Shown one piece after another: positions 1 through 13,825 of a stretch of 64,000 bases of DNA. The notes beneath the pieces were generated by a model, which worked only from the letters and a program-made list of their open reading frames with translations, was not told where the DNA came from and searched no databases. The position numbers and the translations under genes were made by a program. This DNA comes from Octopus bimaculoides. Lineage: Eukaryota. Position 1 is the stretch's first letter; every line of letters begins with the position of its first letter. The stretch is taken from assembly GCF_001194135.2 (NCBI RefSeq), contig NC_068987.1, positions 105,829,459 through 105,893,458 of the forward strand, written 5' to 3'.

Positions 1-119
1 TATTTTGATATTATATAAATACACACATTCAAACGTACACGTACATTTATACTCTCGCAGACACTGAGACACAAACACACTGACACACAAAGTCAGAAAC
101 ACAGACAGACACACGCACC

Positions 120-160
<41 letters not shown>

Positions 161-939
161 ACTCACCCCCCCTAACATACATGCTCTCAAATAAACCTAT
201 TTACGGATCAACAATACGTCTGGATATCATCATAGCTAATTAAATCGACTAGTGACTTTCTCATTTTAATCTGTTGAAGATCTCTGGAAGCGATGAAAGC
301 CGGAAAATGAGAACGCAAAGGAAATTATTTATGGAACACTGCAGACATTCCAATGGTTTGTATAATAGGTTGGGTAATACATATGAACCCTATTTAAATT
401 CTCTGTACGACTAATCGCATACCTTCCGGTTATAAAAAATTGTCTGTCTTGTTAGAGGCTGAGCAAAGAAAATTTAGTAAACAGTGATAAGCAGAAATCT
501 ACCAGGCGTTTATGAAAAGTGTTGACCCTCAAAAAAAAAAAAAAAGAAAAAGCCAAACATGGTACAAGACTTCAAGGTGCAAAACTTTTCATACACCCCT
601 CGTATATAATAAACACAAACATACACAAATGCTTATTATATATATATACATGCTTGTATATATGTATATATGTATATATTCTATTCTACTGTAATTTTCT
701 GCATTTTCGTACAGCTGAAGATTGCTCTTCATATTGCATTTAATGTAATGCTCGCATTACTTAAAAAAATGGAGTAGCATGAAACGTGCGTACTGCAATT
801 ATCCTTGAAATCCGTGTTGCTTATTTTGATTTTTTGATCACCTATCCTTTTGGAATTGTTTTTGTATAATACCATACCATACGATATTCTGGTGCCTACG
901 CATAAGTACCATATTCAATCTTGAATCTAAATCTAAACC

Positions 940-1073
<134 letters not shown>

Positions 1074-1801
1074 ATATACGTATACATATGTATACATATA
1101 TGCATCTTTGTATGTGTATACATATATATAGTGTGTAAAATATTAGAGCTAATGTAACCATCTAAAGGATAAATGTATATATATATAACGGAGAATCATT
1201 GTTGGGGATGCAGTAGGTTCTCCCCAAGAAAAACAGAGAAGTGCATGGTGTGGTGCAGAACGGTGTGTGAATCTCCTTCTCTCTCTCTGACACACACACA
1301 CACACACACGCACGCACACACACATACACACACACACATACACACGTGCACGTACACATATATGTGTATGTGTATATACGTGCTTATAAGTATATAGATA
1401 TATTTGTGTATATATGTATATATCAACATACATACATGCATACACACACACACACACATATATATATACATGCATGCATACACACGGACACAAACGGCAT
1501 ACACATACACACACACAAACACACCAAAACCCCACCATAAGCCAAGAAATATAAGGACACCACTAAATTTCGTATTTCGGAATAGTGGTTTTCAAAACAT
1601 TGGTCGAGAAGTAGAATGTTCGTCAAATTTTCAATACAACTCAAAACATGCTAAAAGTGTGAGCAAATTTATTTATTAACGCATTCAACAATTGTCATAA
1701 TTCTCAAAAATATATAACCTTTAGAAACAGGTAGTATATAAATCAGAATGAATAAATTTAATTCTTACAGAATTTGGCATTCGGTAAAAGTTGCGAATCA
1801 G

Positions 1802-1864
1802 TTATTCTTTTATTCTTTTTATATGATTTCAGTCGTAGGGCAATGGCTACACTGGAGCACCGCT
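1802..1864 (-). mobile_element. 3' tail fragment of SINE family 1
   Basis: Reverse complement gcggtgctccagtgtagcc...gactgaaatcatataaaaagaataaaaga matches the tail of the full copies at 2224 and 38457. Confidence 0.6.
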
Positions 1865-2223
1865 GTAACTTATTTTCTATCGGATTTGTTGTTGCATTAC
1901 AGCAGGAAGTTGGAATATGATTGAGTTTATTGCAGCTGATCTTCCCTCATTGTACCCTTGAATGCTTGAATAATCCAGATCCGTAATAAGGTGTTTTGAA
2001 TATTTCAGTAGATATTCCATTTATACTTCTGATTTCTTTATGTAAGCAAATGAACAGCTGAGGACCTTTAAATATCACTATAAACATTCACTCGGAGCTC
2101 TGTGATCTCCGCCTACACCGTTTACTCAACCTCAGCCCGCCTGTCTTTCCATCTCTAGTGAAACTTGTTGCGTTCAATCACCTTAGCCCCACTCTCGCCA
2201 TTATAGTTAATCTTTTCTCCATA

Positions 2224-2724
2224 GGCGCACGAGTGACTGTATGGTAAGTAGCTTGCTTACCAACCACATCGTTCTGGGTTCAGTCCCACTGCGTGGCACC
2301 TTGGGCAAGTGTCTTCTACTATAGCCTCGGGCCGACCAAACCTTGTGAGTGGATTTAAGACGGAAACTGAAAGAAGCCCGTCGTATATATGCATTCATAT
2401 ATATGTATGTGTGTGTGTGCGTATATGTTTGTGTGTGTGTGTGTGTGTATATGTTTGTGTGTGTGTGTATATGTTTGTGTGTGTGTGTATATGTTTGTGT
2501 GTGTGTGTATATGTTTGTGTGTCTGTGTTTGTCCCCCCCAGCATCGCTTCACAACCGATGCTGGTATGTTTACGTTCCTGTAACTTAGTAGTTCGGCAAA
2601 AGAGACCGATAGAATAAGTACTAGGTTTACAAAGAATAAGTCCTGGGGTCGATTTGCTCGACTGAAGGCGGTGCTTCAGCATGGCCGCAGTCAAATGACT
2701 GAAACAAGTAAAAGAGTAAAGAGT
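2224..2724 (+). mobile_element. Full-length tRNA-derived SINE, family 1
   Basis: tRNA-like head (A box tgactgtatgg, B box ggttcagtccc), ccttgggcaag CORE-like segment, internal TA/TG linker and (gtaaaaga)n tail; collinear with at least 8 other copies in the window. It may correspond to the published octopus OK/OR SINEs (unverified). Confidence 0.9.
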
Positions 2725-4900
2725 AACTTCTTTCTGGTCATGTCTTTCCTCCAGGTGTTGACCAGCAATGGTTTACAGGGTGCATTCATGCCATCAAACC
2801 ACCCAATCAAGAAAGACATGTAAATGTTTGGGCAAAACCCCTTCCTACACATTCAAGAAGTTAAAGCAAATAAATTCCATAACTTGTTTTAAAAAGTTAG
2901 CTAATAATGAATGACGTTATATTTCTATATAGATTTATTTGGTTATAAAATTACTGGCAAAACCGAAAATAATTTTGTAACCAGCTTCATTTTTCAAACA
3001 TAAAACAAAAACGTTTGTTTTAATTTTAAAATTAAAATAACTTTAGAATAAGTTTACTGCTCATTTAATTTGGATGTAATTCTTATGAGTGTGTCTATCC
3101 GGTATCAACTAATATGTTTTGTTTCCATTTGTATTTTGGGCAATATGCTTTCGTTGGTTTTACTTTCCACAGATATATTTTCCATTAATGTGTCAAATTT
3201 TTAATTATCACAATATATACACACCAGTATCACAGCCGAATACACCCCCACTACATACAAACGTACGTATATACAGGTGTACATAGATATACTGATATTT
3301 AACACACACACATATACATACACATATACATACTATATACATGCACACATATATGCATATATTAGTATATACAGGCAACTGCTTTTCTTTTACAAATTTT
3401 CCATTAAATATCCTATCTGAATTTTGTCATTTTGATTATAAAATTTACGTATTTTCTGATGAGATTTTTACAGATACTTTGAAGCTGTAAAGTTCCTAAA
3501 TTAATATTCGACATCTCCAGATCTTCACACTTTTATTTTCGAGAATCAAATATATTTGACTCTGCATTGTATAACGCTGTGATACTCCAGTATTCGTCTT
3601 CTACTTACCTACTTTTACTGCTTACAGAAAACCAGGGGCAGACGAAATACATACATACATATACACGCATGCATGCGTACATACACACAAATACATATAT
3701 ACATACATATACATGAACATCGATCAGATTCTGATCATATCGCCCGTGTGTTGAAGTACCTCCGTACGACATTGTAAACGTCATTTAATTAAGATACCCT
3801 TATATATATATATCCTGGTAGCCGTAAGTGGTGAACATGGTCTGCCGGCACAGTACTAGGAACATGTCCAAAATAAGGTTTGGGAGCTAAACTGTGAAAT
3901 CTCATATCCAAATTTTAATTTTATTTATAACTTAAAATATATGTATATATATANNNNNNNNNNNNNNNNNNNNNNNNNNNNNNNNNNNNNNNNNNNNNNN
4001 NNNNNNNNNNNNNNNNNNNNNNNNNNNNNNNNNNNNNNNNNNNNNNNNNNNNNNNNNNNNNNNNNNNNNNNNNNNNNNNNNNNNNNNNNNNNNNNNNNNN
4101 NNNNNNNNNNNNNNNNNNNNNNNNNNNNNNNNNNNNNNNNNNNNNNNNNNNNNNNNNNNNNNNNNNNNNNNNNNNNNNNNNNNNNNNNNNNNNNNNNNNN
4201 NNNNNNNNNNNNNNNNNNNNNNNNNNNNNNNNNNNNNNNNNNNNNNNNNNNNNNNNNNNNNNNNNNNNNNNNNNNNNNNNNNNNNNNNNNNNNNNNNNNN
4301 NNNNNNNNNNNNNNNNNNNNNNNNNNNNNNNNNNNNNNNNNNNNNNNNNNNNNNNNNNNNNNNNNNNNNNNNNNNNNNNNNNNNNNNNNNNNNNNNNNNN
4401 NNNNNNNNNNNNNNNNNNNNNNNNNNNNNNNNNNNNNNNNNNNNNNNNNNNNNNNNNNNNNNNNNNNNNNNNNNNNNNNNNNNNNNNNNNNNNNNNNNNN
4501 NNNNNNNNNNNNNNNNNNNNNNNNNNNNNNNNNNNNNNNNNNNNNNNNNNNNNNNNNNNNNNNNNNNNNNNNNNNNNNNNNNNNNNNNNNNNNNNNNNNN
4601 NNNNNNNNNNNNNNNNNNNNNNNNNNNNNNNNNNNNNNNNNNNNNNNNNNNNNNNNNNNNNNNNNNNNNNNNNNNNNNNNNNNNNNNNNNNNNNNNNNNN
4701 NNNNNNNNNNNNNNNNNNNNNNNNNNNNNNNNNNNNNNNNNNNNNNNNNNNNNNNNNNNNNNNNNNNNNNNNNNNNNNNNNNNNNNNNNNNNNNNNNNNN
4801 NNNNNNNNNNNNNNNNNNNNNNNNNNNNNNNNNNNNNNNNNNNNNNNATATAAACATATACACACGTTAAATAACGGTTTTACGACATCTATAAAAGTTG

Positions 4901-5080
4901 TTACACAATAATGATCTGAATTAGCTGAGGATTCTGGAGACACTTAGACCCATCACCAAACAGATTTAGTGCGACACTGCATGCTCCGATGTTGGTTTCT
5001 TGAATATCATACGCTGTCCTTGCAGTGATTTTAAACATAGTCTTTGCCGACGTATTTTCACTCAAAAAGCTGGTGTCTAC
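4901..5080 (-). CDS. Candidate coding exon of an unidentified gene
   Basis: Acceptor ttctactattatgttag followed by 59 open codons VDTSFLSENTSAKTMFKITARTAYDIQETNIGACSVALNLFGDGSKCLQNPQLIQIIIV*. No strong donor and no family recognised. Confidence 0.25.
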   Translation of the reverse strand, partial: VDTSFLSENTSAKTMFKITARTAYDIQETNIGACSVALNLFGDGSKCLQNPQLIQIIIV

Positions 5081-5327
5081 CTAACATAATAGTAGAAAAG
5101 AACAGCCAAAGGGGAACTGGGAAGAAAACCAATGCCACATGAGGTGAAGAGTACTAGAAATACGCTTCTTTCCTTCTAATGTTTTTATTTATTTTGTTTT
5201 CTCTTCCTTTGAAAATTATATCATTTCCTTCTTGTTTCTCTCTTTGAATTCATGTTCATGTTTTTAACTTTCATGTTGTATGAAATATAAATGTTATACG
5301 CTTATATACATATTGTGTTCATTTGCC

Positions 5328-5770
<443 letters not shown>

Positions 5771-6008
5771 GCGTGCGTGTGTACGCTACTTACTCAACTT
5801 AAAACGATGAACTACGCTGCAAAGAGGGAAAAGGTGAAGTTTCCAGAAAGACAGAAATAAGGGAATTTTCCAAAAGATCAACAGGAAAAACGACAGAAAT
5901 GAAACAAAGTAAATATAGGAAGAAGAATGAAAGAGAAAAATAAAGCTGGAAGGAATAAGGATCTAACGAAGGAAATAGAAAGAATAAATGAAAGAAAGTA
6001 TGCAGAAT

Positions 6009-6009
<1 letters not shown>

Positions 6010-6049
<40 letters not shown>

Positions 6050-6190
6050 GGTGGTGGTGGTAGTAATGGTGGTAGTATTAGTAGTAGTAGAAGTAGGAAA
6101 GACGAAAGAGGAGGAAGGGGAATAAAAGAAAAAGAAGAAGAAAAGACGAAGAGGAGGAAGAGAAGAAGAAAAAGAAGAGTTATAAGAAGA

Positions 6191-6252
<62 letters not shown>

Positions 6253-6443
6253 GAAGAAGAAGAAGAAGAAGAAGAAGATGACGACGATGACGACGACGAC
6301 GACGACGACGACGACGAAGAAGAAGAAGAAGAAGAAGAAGAAGAAGAAGAAGAAGAAGAAGAAGAAGAAGAAGAAGAAGAAGAAGAAGAAGAAGAAGAAG
6401 AAGAAGAAGAAGAAGAAGAAGAAGAAGAAGAAGAAGAAGAAGA
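6010..6443. repeat. Mosaic trinucleotide array (TAG)(GGT)(AAT)(AAG)(GAC)(GAA)
   Basis: Visible directly; explains the poly-S/G/N/K/T ORF at 5927-6541. Confidence 0.95.
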
Positions 6444-6585
6444 ATGCTAATACAAGATTTGCTCGCAGAAAATGTAAAAACGTAGTAACTAGAAGGCGGA
6501 AACAGAAATATAATCAACAGGGAAAAGGAATAATATGCTAAGTCGACCACGGCGGAATTTGCATGAAAAGAAATATAACATAATA

Positions 6586-7115
6586 CAGGGATAGGGAAAC
6601 TTTTTAGTGCGGCGGGCAAAAATTTCCTAAGAAAAAGGTCAGCGGGCGGATCACAAGTTCTAACTCATATCTGTGTACATCTTGTATATATCTTTGTATA
6701 ATTTGATATACTTTAATAAAGATAAGTTTTACACATTAAATTAACGCATAACATCTTCATTAACGCCGCCACTGAATTTAAGATGTTTATATTACTTATG
6801 AGGCATTCTATATTTTTCAGCTAGAGTGTAGTTGGGTCTCAAGAGTGTGGTACAAACCTAGTAATATGTATTTCATAGTGAAAACATAATTTCCATTCAA
6901 ATGGCAATTATCGGACGATTTCTGTTCGTGTCTGACCATGTTAAGTCGTAGTGGAAACGCGACCTATATCGCAAATAGACATATGAATATTGTCCAAATT
7001 TTATGATTGAAAAATTTACTATATTTTGTAATATATGAGTATATCAGCCTGCGGGCACAATAAAATGGGTTCCCGGGTGTAATTGCGCCCGCGGGCGGGG
7101 GTTTCCCCATTCCTG
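6586..7115. mobile_element. Non-autonomous hAT-superfamily DNA transposon (MITE), 530 bp
   Basis: TIRs CAGGGATAGGGAAAC / GTTTCCCCATTCCTG (13/15 match) and an exact 8-bp TSD ACATAATA at 6578-6585 and 7116-7123. An 8-bp TSD with CAGG termini is typical of hAT (Charlie-like) elements. Confidence 0.9.
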
Positions 7116-7141
7116 ACATAATATATCAAATGTAAATGTAC

Positions 7142-7304
7142 AGTCGCTGGCGCGGCTGTGTGATAAGAAGCTTGTTTCACAACACATGGTTCCGGGTTCA
7201 GTCCTATTGCGTGGCACCTTAGGCAAGTGTCTTGTACTATAGCCTTGAGCCGACCAAAGCCTTGTGAGTGGATTTGGTAGACGGAAACTGATAGAAGCCC
7301 GTCG

Positions 7305-7343
<39 letters not shown>
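7142..7343 (+). mobile_element. SINE family 1, 5' half running into a gap
   Basis: Head and central domain match the copies at 2224 and 38457; the internal (TA)n linker ends in the N-run. Confidence 0.85.
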
Positions 7344-8029
7344 NNNNNNNNNNNNNNNNNNNNNNNNNNNNNNNNNNNNNNNNNNNNNNNNNNNNNNNNN
7401 NNNNNNNNNNNNNNNNNNNNNNNNNNNNNNNNNNNNNNNNNNNNNNNNNNNNNNNNNNNNNNNNNNNNNNNNNNNNNNNNNNNNNNNNNNNNNNNNNNNN
7501 NNNNNNNNNNNNNNNNNNNNNNNNNNNNNNNNNNNNNNNNNNNNNNNNNNNNNNNNNNNNNNNNNNNNNNNNNNNNNNNNNNNNNNNNNNNNNNNNNNNN
7601 NNNNNNNNNNNNNNNNNNNNNNNNNNNNNNNNNNNNNNNNNNNNNNNNNNNNNNNNNNNNNNNNNNNNNNNNNNNNNNNNNNNNNNNNNNNNNNNNNNNN
7701 NNNNNNNNNNNNNNNNNNNNNNNNNNNNNNNNNNNNNNNNNNNNNNNNNNNNNNNNNNNNNNNNNNNNNNNNNNNNNNNNNNNNNNNNNNNNNNNNNNNN
7801 NNNNNNNNNNNNNNNNNNNNNNNNNNNNNNNNNNNNNNNNNNNNNNNNNNNNNNNNNNNNNNNNNNNNNNNNNNNNNNNNNNNNNNNNNNNNNNNNNNNN
7901 NNNNNNNNNNNNNNNNNNNNNNNNNNNNNNNNNNNNNNNNNNNNNNNNNNNNNNNNNNNNNNNNNNNNNNNNNNNNNNNNNNNNNNNNNNNNNNNNNNNN
8001 NATATATATATATATATATATATATAAAG

Positions 8030-8480
8030 GATAAATGTACGAGTGGAAGAATTAGATTAATGAGTGATTTGAAGCAAGAAAAGAAGGGGAAAGTAAATAG
8101 TGAACAAAGGGAAAAGAGTTGAAGAGAGAGGGAGTCGGAATGGAGAAAGATATTAAAAAGGGAGAAAGTAACGATGTAGGAAAGTGAAAGTAAATTATGA
8201 ATAAGGGAAAAGGAATGAAGGAGAGAAAGAGGAATACTGTTAGAAAAGAGAGGAAAAAAGAAAGAGAAAATGAAAGCAAGATAGAAAGGAAGAATAGGGA
8301 CGGAGAGAAAAAAAGAGGAAGAGGGAGAGTTTATTGAATAAGAGAAGGAAAAGAAAGAAAGAAAAGAAAGAGAGGAAAGACAGAAAGAAAGAAGAAAATA
8401 AAAATAGAAATAAAAGTAAAAAGTAGTGTAAAAAGAATGAAAATTTGAAAGACAAGAAAAATAAAATGAAGGAGACAAAG
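8030..8480. repeat. Purine-rich low-complexity tract
   Basis: Plus strand is almost only A and G for about 450 bp; produces the F/L/S-rich minus-strand ORFs. Confidence 0.85.
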
Positions 8481-8654
8481 AGCGATGCGCAGGAAATAAG
8501 CATTACGGTCTTTTCTCAATCAATAAATAAATGAATAAACAAATATATAAATAAACAAACAAAAATATAAATAAATCTTAAGAGGGGAAAAATATGAAAC
8601 CTTTCTGTTTTTAATTTTAAAAAGCAAACGACGCGAGAATAACACCTTTCTCTC

Positions 8655-8694
<40 letters not shown>

Positions 8695-9193
8695 NNNNNN
8701 NNNNNNNNNNNNNNNNNNNNNNNNNNNNNNNNNNNNNNNNNNNNNNNNNNNNNNNNNNNNNNNNNNNNNNNNNNNNNNNNNNNNNNNNNNNNNNNNNNNN
8801 NNNNNNNNNNNNNNNNNNNNNNNNNNNNNNNNNNNNNNNNNNNNNNNNNNNNNNNNNNNNNNNNNNNNNNNNNNNNNNNNNNNNNNNNNNNNNNNNNNNN
8901 NNNNNNNNNNNNNNNNNNNNNNNNNNNNNNNNNNNNNNNNNNNNNNNNNNNNNNNNNNNNNNNNNNNNNNNNNNNNNNNNNNNNNNNNNNNNNNNNNNNN
9001 NNNNNNNNNNNNNNNNNNNNNNNNNNNNNNNNNNNNNNNNNNNNNNNNNNNNNNNNNNNNNNNNNNNNNNNNNNNNNNNNNNNNNNNNNNNNNNNNNNNN
9101 NNNNNNNNNNNNNNNNNNNNNNNNNNNNNNNNNNNNNNNNNNNNNNNNNNNNNNNNNNNNNNNNNNNNNNNNNNNNNNNNNNNNNNNNNNNNN

Positions 9194-9318
<125 letters not shown>

Positions 9319-10010
9319 GTTATACGATAAATAACGAAGATCTAGCGTAGGAAATTATTAAAAGACGAACATCAAGTAGCTATTCCACCATATTTAGTGT
9401 GCATTCAGGTCCCTTGTTTCTCCTTCATTAAATCAGCTCCGGTTCAAAGTTCTTTTAATTAGCAAAACTGAGAGATTACGATCATGGTGGCAGAACATAT
9501 ATTACGTATATCACAAGTTTATCTGTCGGTATTTCCTTGTTGCGCACCATGCACGCGCCATCCTAATTTCGGAAATGTGCGAAGGGCATTCAGCAAATTA
9601 TAGAAAGCGATGTGCTAAGTTATCTGCAACCATATATGTTTATGTGTATCTATGTATGCGTATGTATGTGTATGTTTGTATGTATGTTTTTGTGTAACAT
9701 GTATTTATGTATTAGTAATCAGTTGTTGACATTTCAAGCAAGGTTAAACTCTACACGACATAATTGCTTCTACTATTCATTTGCAAGTGATGATCTACGC
9801 ACGTGCACCTCCTCCCCCTCCCCCACACAATCACACACGCACATTCACACACTCACAGGCAAACACACCTACACACACACACAAACACGCATGTTAATAT
9901 ATATATATACATATATATATATGGATATATATACTCATGGGTATATATACATACATGCGTACACACATATATATGCATACAATATATACACACATACACA
10001 CACGGACACA

Positions 10011-10049
<39 letters not shown>

Positions 10050-10838
10050 CACATGAGCAAATGCAGTTCTGAGTGTTGTTACAATTATTTTGTGAAGCTT
10101 TTTACTTCGATGTAAATACAATATAACTGTTCAGACGATGCGATACATTAAACAACTCGCAGCTCGTCCGGCAACTTCTGAAACAATGATTTGTTGAGTA
10201 ATGTAGTGATTTGAGCTTGTCGAATTATACATGAAAGTACCGATATGTAAGATATGGAAATGTAGGAGTGTCTACTCTAAGTAATTCTGTCCACCGAAAT
10301 GCCGTGATTGTGGATGAAAAGCTATACAAGTAATGCAAAAAAGGTCCTAGATTTGCGTACATTTCATTCGTCGTGCACTAAAATCTCAGCATGTGAGTTA
10401 CCTTTGAACATTTTGATAGAATTTTTATCTTTTGTTCATCAGTTGTTTTCGCCTTCGGTAAACTTTTCGCACGTCTATAGACGCTATGTGATCACAACAC
10501 ATGCGATTCGGCTGTTTATTGGCCTTTGAGGCGCTGCAATGTTTCTGCATCGTTGTGCGTCTACCAAGTTAAAGCTATCCCACCGGAGTGATTAATCTAA
10601 AAAGAACACTAGTACTTAGCTATACAAGTCAGCAAGATCTTTCCTGACACATGCTAATACCTATCTAATAGAAATACTTCATGGGGCGCACGCAGGAAAC
10701 CGGATGTTATACATACATAGTACATACATACATAATTAGAACCGGGTCTTTCTCTATTGGCAAGACATTTTGGAAATAGAAGTGAATAATGACATACATA
10801 CTCATGAATATACAAACATAAATAGATACATATCTCTC

Positions 10839-10882
<44 letters not shown>

Positions 10883-10892
10883 NNNNNNNNNN

Positions 10893-10934
<42 letters not shown>

Positions 10935-11311
10935 CTGTGTGTGTTATTTATTTATTTGAAGGTCACAATACATGTATTAAATAAATTTAAATAAATAATA
11001 TCTATCTCTCACCAGATAGAATACTTTTTTGTTGAATTTTCTATCACGGATCAGTACGCAAACAGAGCCATACAAACGCACTACCTTATGAATACATACA
11101 TACATACACACATACATACATACATATATATATGTGTGCCTTTATGTATGTATGTATGTGTGTGTGTGTTGTATATCCATAGGTGTGTATTTGTATGTGC
11201 GTATTTGGAGCTAGTGTGTGTGAAAGAAAAATGAAAGATAGAGAAACAAACGCGGAGGTACATTTTTCTCATCCTATACATTCAGATATTCCTATACTTA
11301 AATGTTAATTC

Positions 11312-11342
<31 letters not shown>

Positions 11343-11461
11343 TATTTACAGACATGAGTTCGCACACACATATACACACACATACACACATACATACAAA
11401 TATACACACGCATATACATGTATTCGCCTGTGCATGTAAATATATTAGATTTATATATTAC

Positions 11462-11497
<36 letters not shown>

Positions 11498-11507
11498 NNN
11501 NNNNNNN

Positions 11508-11542
<35 letters not shown>

Positions 11543-11972
11543 TGCATGTATGTTTGTCACCGGTTCAACTACCATACACTCGTGAGTTTGTATACATTAT
11601 ATAATTGCAGACATGCACTAATGGAAGGACATGCGCTGAAATTCACATCTGCAGTAATTTTAAAGATCAATCGAGATGTTGCGTTGAAGTTAGAATCTTG
11701 AACCTCTTAGCAATTAATTTCAGTAATAAACAAATGTCCACAAAATGGAACGGAAAGTGGGGGAAGGGGCGTGAAGAGGGATTTGTAAACGCATTAATAG
11801 TTGCCAAGATGGGGGTAGAGATAGAAGAAGGTTTAGTGTATTTTTACGTGAATCTTTATAGCAATTCTTGCACGCTTATTGATGACTGATTAAAACGATG
11901 TAAGAAGTTAAATTATGTTTTCAGTGAACAGGCGTTTGAGGGCAATTCAGATAAATATAGGCGCGCGTGCGC

Positions 11973-12007
<35 letters not shown>

Positions 12008-12011
<4 letters not shown>

Positions 12012-12703
12012 GCGTAGTGAATAAATTGTCATCTAAATTACACAGAAATAAAAAATAACACTGACATCTCATTTTAACAGATATATTTAGCAAAATTACA
12101 TAAAAATATCTTGAAATACTAAAGAGTAAATTTATTCAATAAAATCGCCATTGGCTTTAACTACGGCCACCAGACGACTTCGGAATTTCCTGCAACTTGT
12201 TGGGACGGTCTCCTTGTTAAAGTTGGTGAATGCTGCCATAATCCGTACCATAAAACTTGCCTTCAGTTCATCTTTGGTGTTACAAGGAGTTATTTTGGGG
12301 GCCTCGCGCTCAACTGCACTCTATTCATAATATTCAAGGAGGTTGCAGTCTGGGGAGTTAGGTGGCCAGATGTTAGGTGTGATGTAGTCGCAGAAATTGT
12401 TTACAGCAATGACTGGGTTCGCCTGCTTGTGTGGAATGCTTGCCAGACACGGTCTTCCAGCACGGTCTGCCGGACATAGGGTCTCCCGTTGCCAGACACG
12501 GTCTTCCAGCACGGTCTGCCGGACATAGGGTCTCCCGTTGCCAGACATAGGGTCTTCCAGCAGCCATCCTCTTGACACACGGCAGCACTGCATACTCCTG
12601 ACACTTGACGTAGGCCTCCGTGTTGAGTCGGAAGCTGTATGAGAAGTTGAATGGAGGCACAACGTCACCATCACTAGTGATAACTCAAAAGACCATGATG
12701 TTT
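12008..12703 (-). mobile_element. Tc1/mariner maT (DD37D) transposon, 3' half, defective
   Basis: Translates to NFCDYITPNIWPPNSPDCNLLEYY and LRLNTEAYVKC; collinear with the copy at 53033-54314. The terminal repeat begins cagagcg directly after a (TA)n run (TA target). Confidence 0.9.
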
Positions 12704-12955
12704 GAAAATTTAGTGCATGATGAATAAAATGTACGCAACTCTAGGACGTTTCCGCACCACTTGTATAGCTTTTCATCTACAAGCATGGCATTTCGGTAGA
12801 CAGAATTACTCAGGATAATTCTACATTTCATGTATAATTTCCCATTCCTTTCGATTAGCATTGGATTTAATTTTAGAGTATGGCAGTTCTTTGTATGGGA
12901 ATGTGCATAGGGCAGAAGAATGGAAGGAAAGATAGGAAGAAGGAGATGAAAGAGA

Positions 12956-13825
12956 GGAAACCATTTTTGTATCAGTTGATGTAGTAAAAATCTATACCAG
13001 TAAATTTCTGGCTAGAAAAAATGACTCATGAAATCCCAGACAGAACTCTCATTACCAAAGGATTAAAAGTCATCACTGAAAACAAATTTTTGAGTTTAAT
13101 GACAATAATTCCAAACAAATACCTGGGACTGCGATGGGTACAAAAGTCGTTTCGACTCACGCACATTTAGCCATGGCATTACTTGTCATGAAGGTCCAGA
13201 TATATGAATAAGGCAAATTAAATTATGGCTGGAACTTCCATAAATATTTACTAGTATACTGTAAATGCTACTCATATGACTGCCTGCTTTTGTGTATGCA
13301 CACAGTTGACCAACTTATTGAATTCAAAAACCTAATTAACAGTATAAACAGTTGTATCAAGTTTACCATGGAATTTAGTAAAGCTCAACTACCATTCGGC
13401 GACATTTTAATCACCAAAACAGATTAAAATATTGGAACAGACAGATTCTAAACACTATTTGCTGTTTTCCTGATGCCATCCCAAACACACGAAGACTAAT
13501 ATTCCTTTTAATCCAGCAAGAAGAATCTGAACAGTCGTTTCAATCGTTAAAAGTCGTAATAAAAGACTCCAGGAATTAAAACAAACACTACTCGAAAGAA
13601 AATATTCGTCAATGTTAATAGACAACGGAATGCAGCGTGCGAAAGCAATAGATATTAAAGAATTGCGAAAACAAAAACATGCTTCAGATACACTCAATAC
13701 TCTACCCTCCATTACAACAGACAGCCAAAAAAAACACAGAGGTTTACAACATTATCCACCTGAACATTCCACTACTGAGGCAAGACCCGAAAATGAGACA
13801 AGCACTCGAAATAATTAAAATTAAA
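12956..13825 (+). pseudogene. Penelope-like element reverse transcriptase, decayed
   Basis: With frameshifts it reads ETIFVSVDVV...GTAMGTKV...IKFTMEFSKAQLPF...CHPKHTKTNIPFNPARR...LIDNGMQRAKAIDIKELRK...NTEVYNIIHLNIPLLRQDPKM, i.e. PLE RT motifs, thumb and linker. Confidence 0.85.

Noticed and set aside
3921-4943. Long ORFs of 200-400 aa here and at 7237-8478, 29548-30467, 40342-41385, 54246-55558 and 61045-61977
   Set aside because: They are open only because they cross N-runs and dinucleotide repeats.
5927-6619. 204/218-aa ORFs with poly-S/G/N/K/T/L runs (also 39101-39708, 41728-42126, 50728-51036)
   Set aside because: Translations of trinucleotide microsatellites, with no domain content.
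10308-10620. 73-aa ORF and exon-like segments on both strands
   Set aside because: The minus-strand AG-GT segment has stops in all frames, and the plus-strand candidates have weak acceptors and no recognisable product.
12440-12562. 49-bp repeats as a CRISPR-like array
   Set aside because: No spacers, only two units, and the sequence derives from the surrounding transposase.
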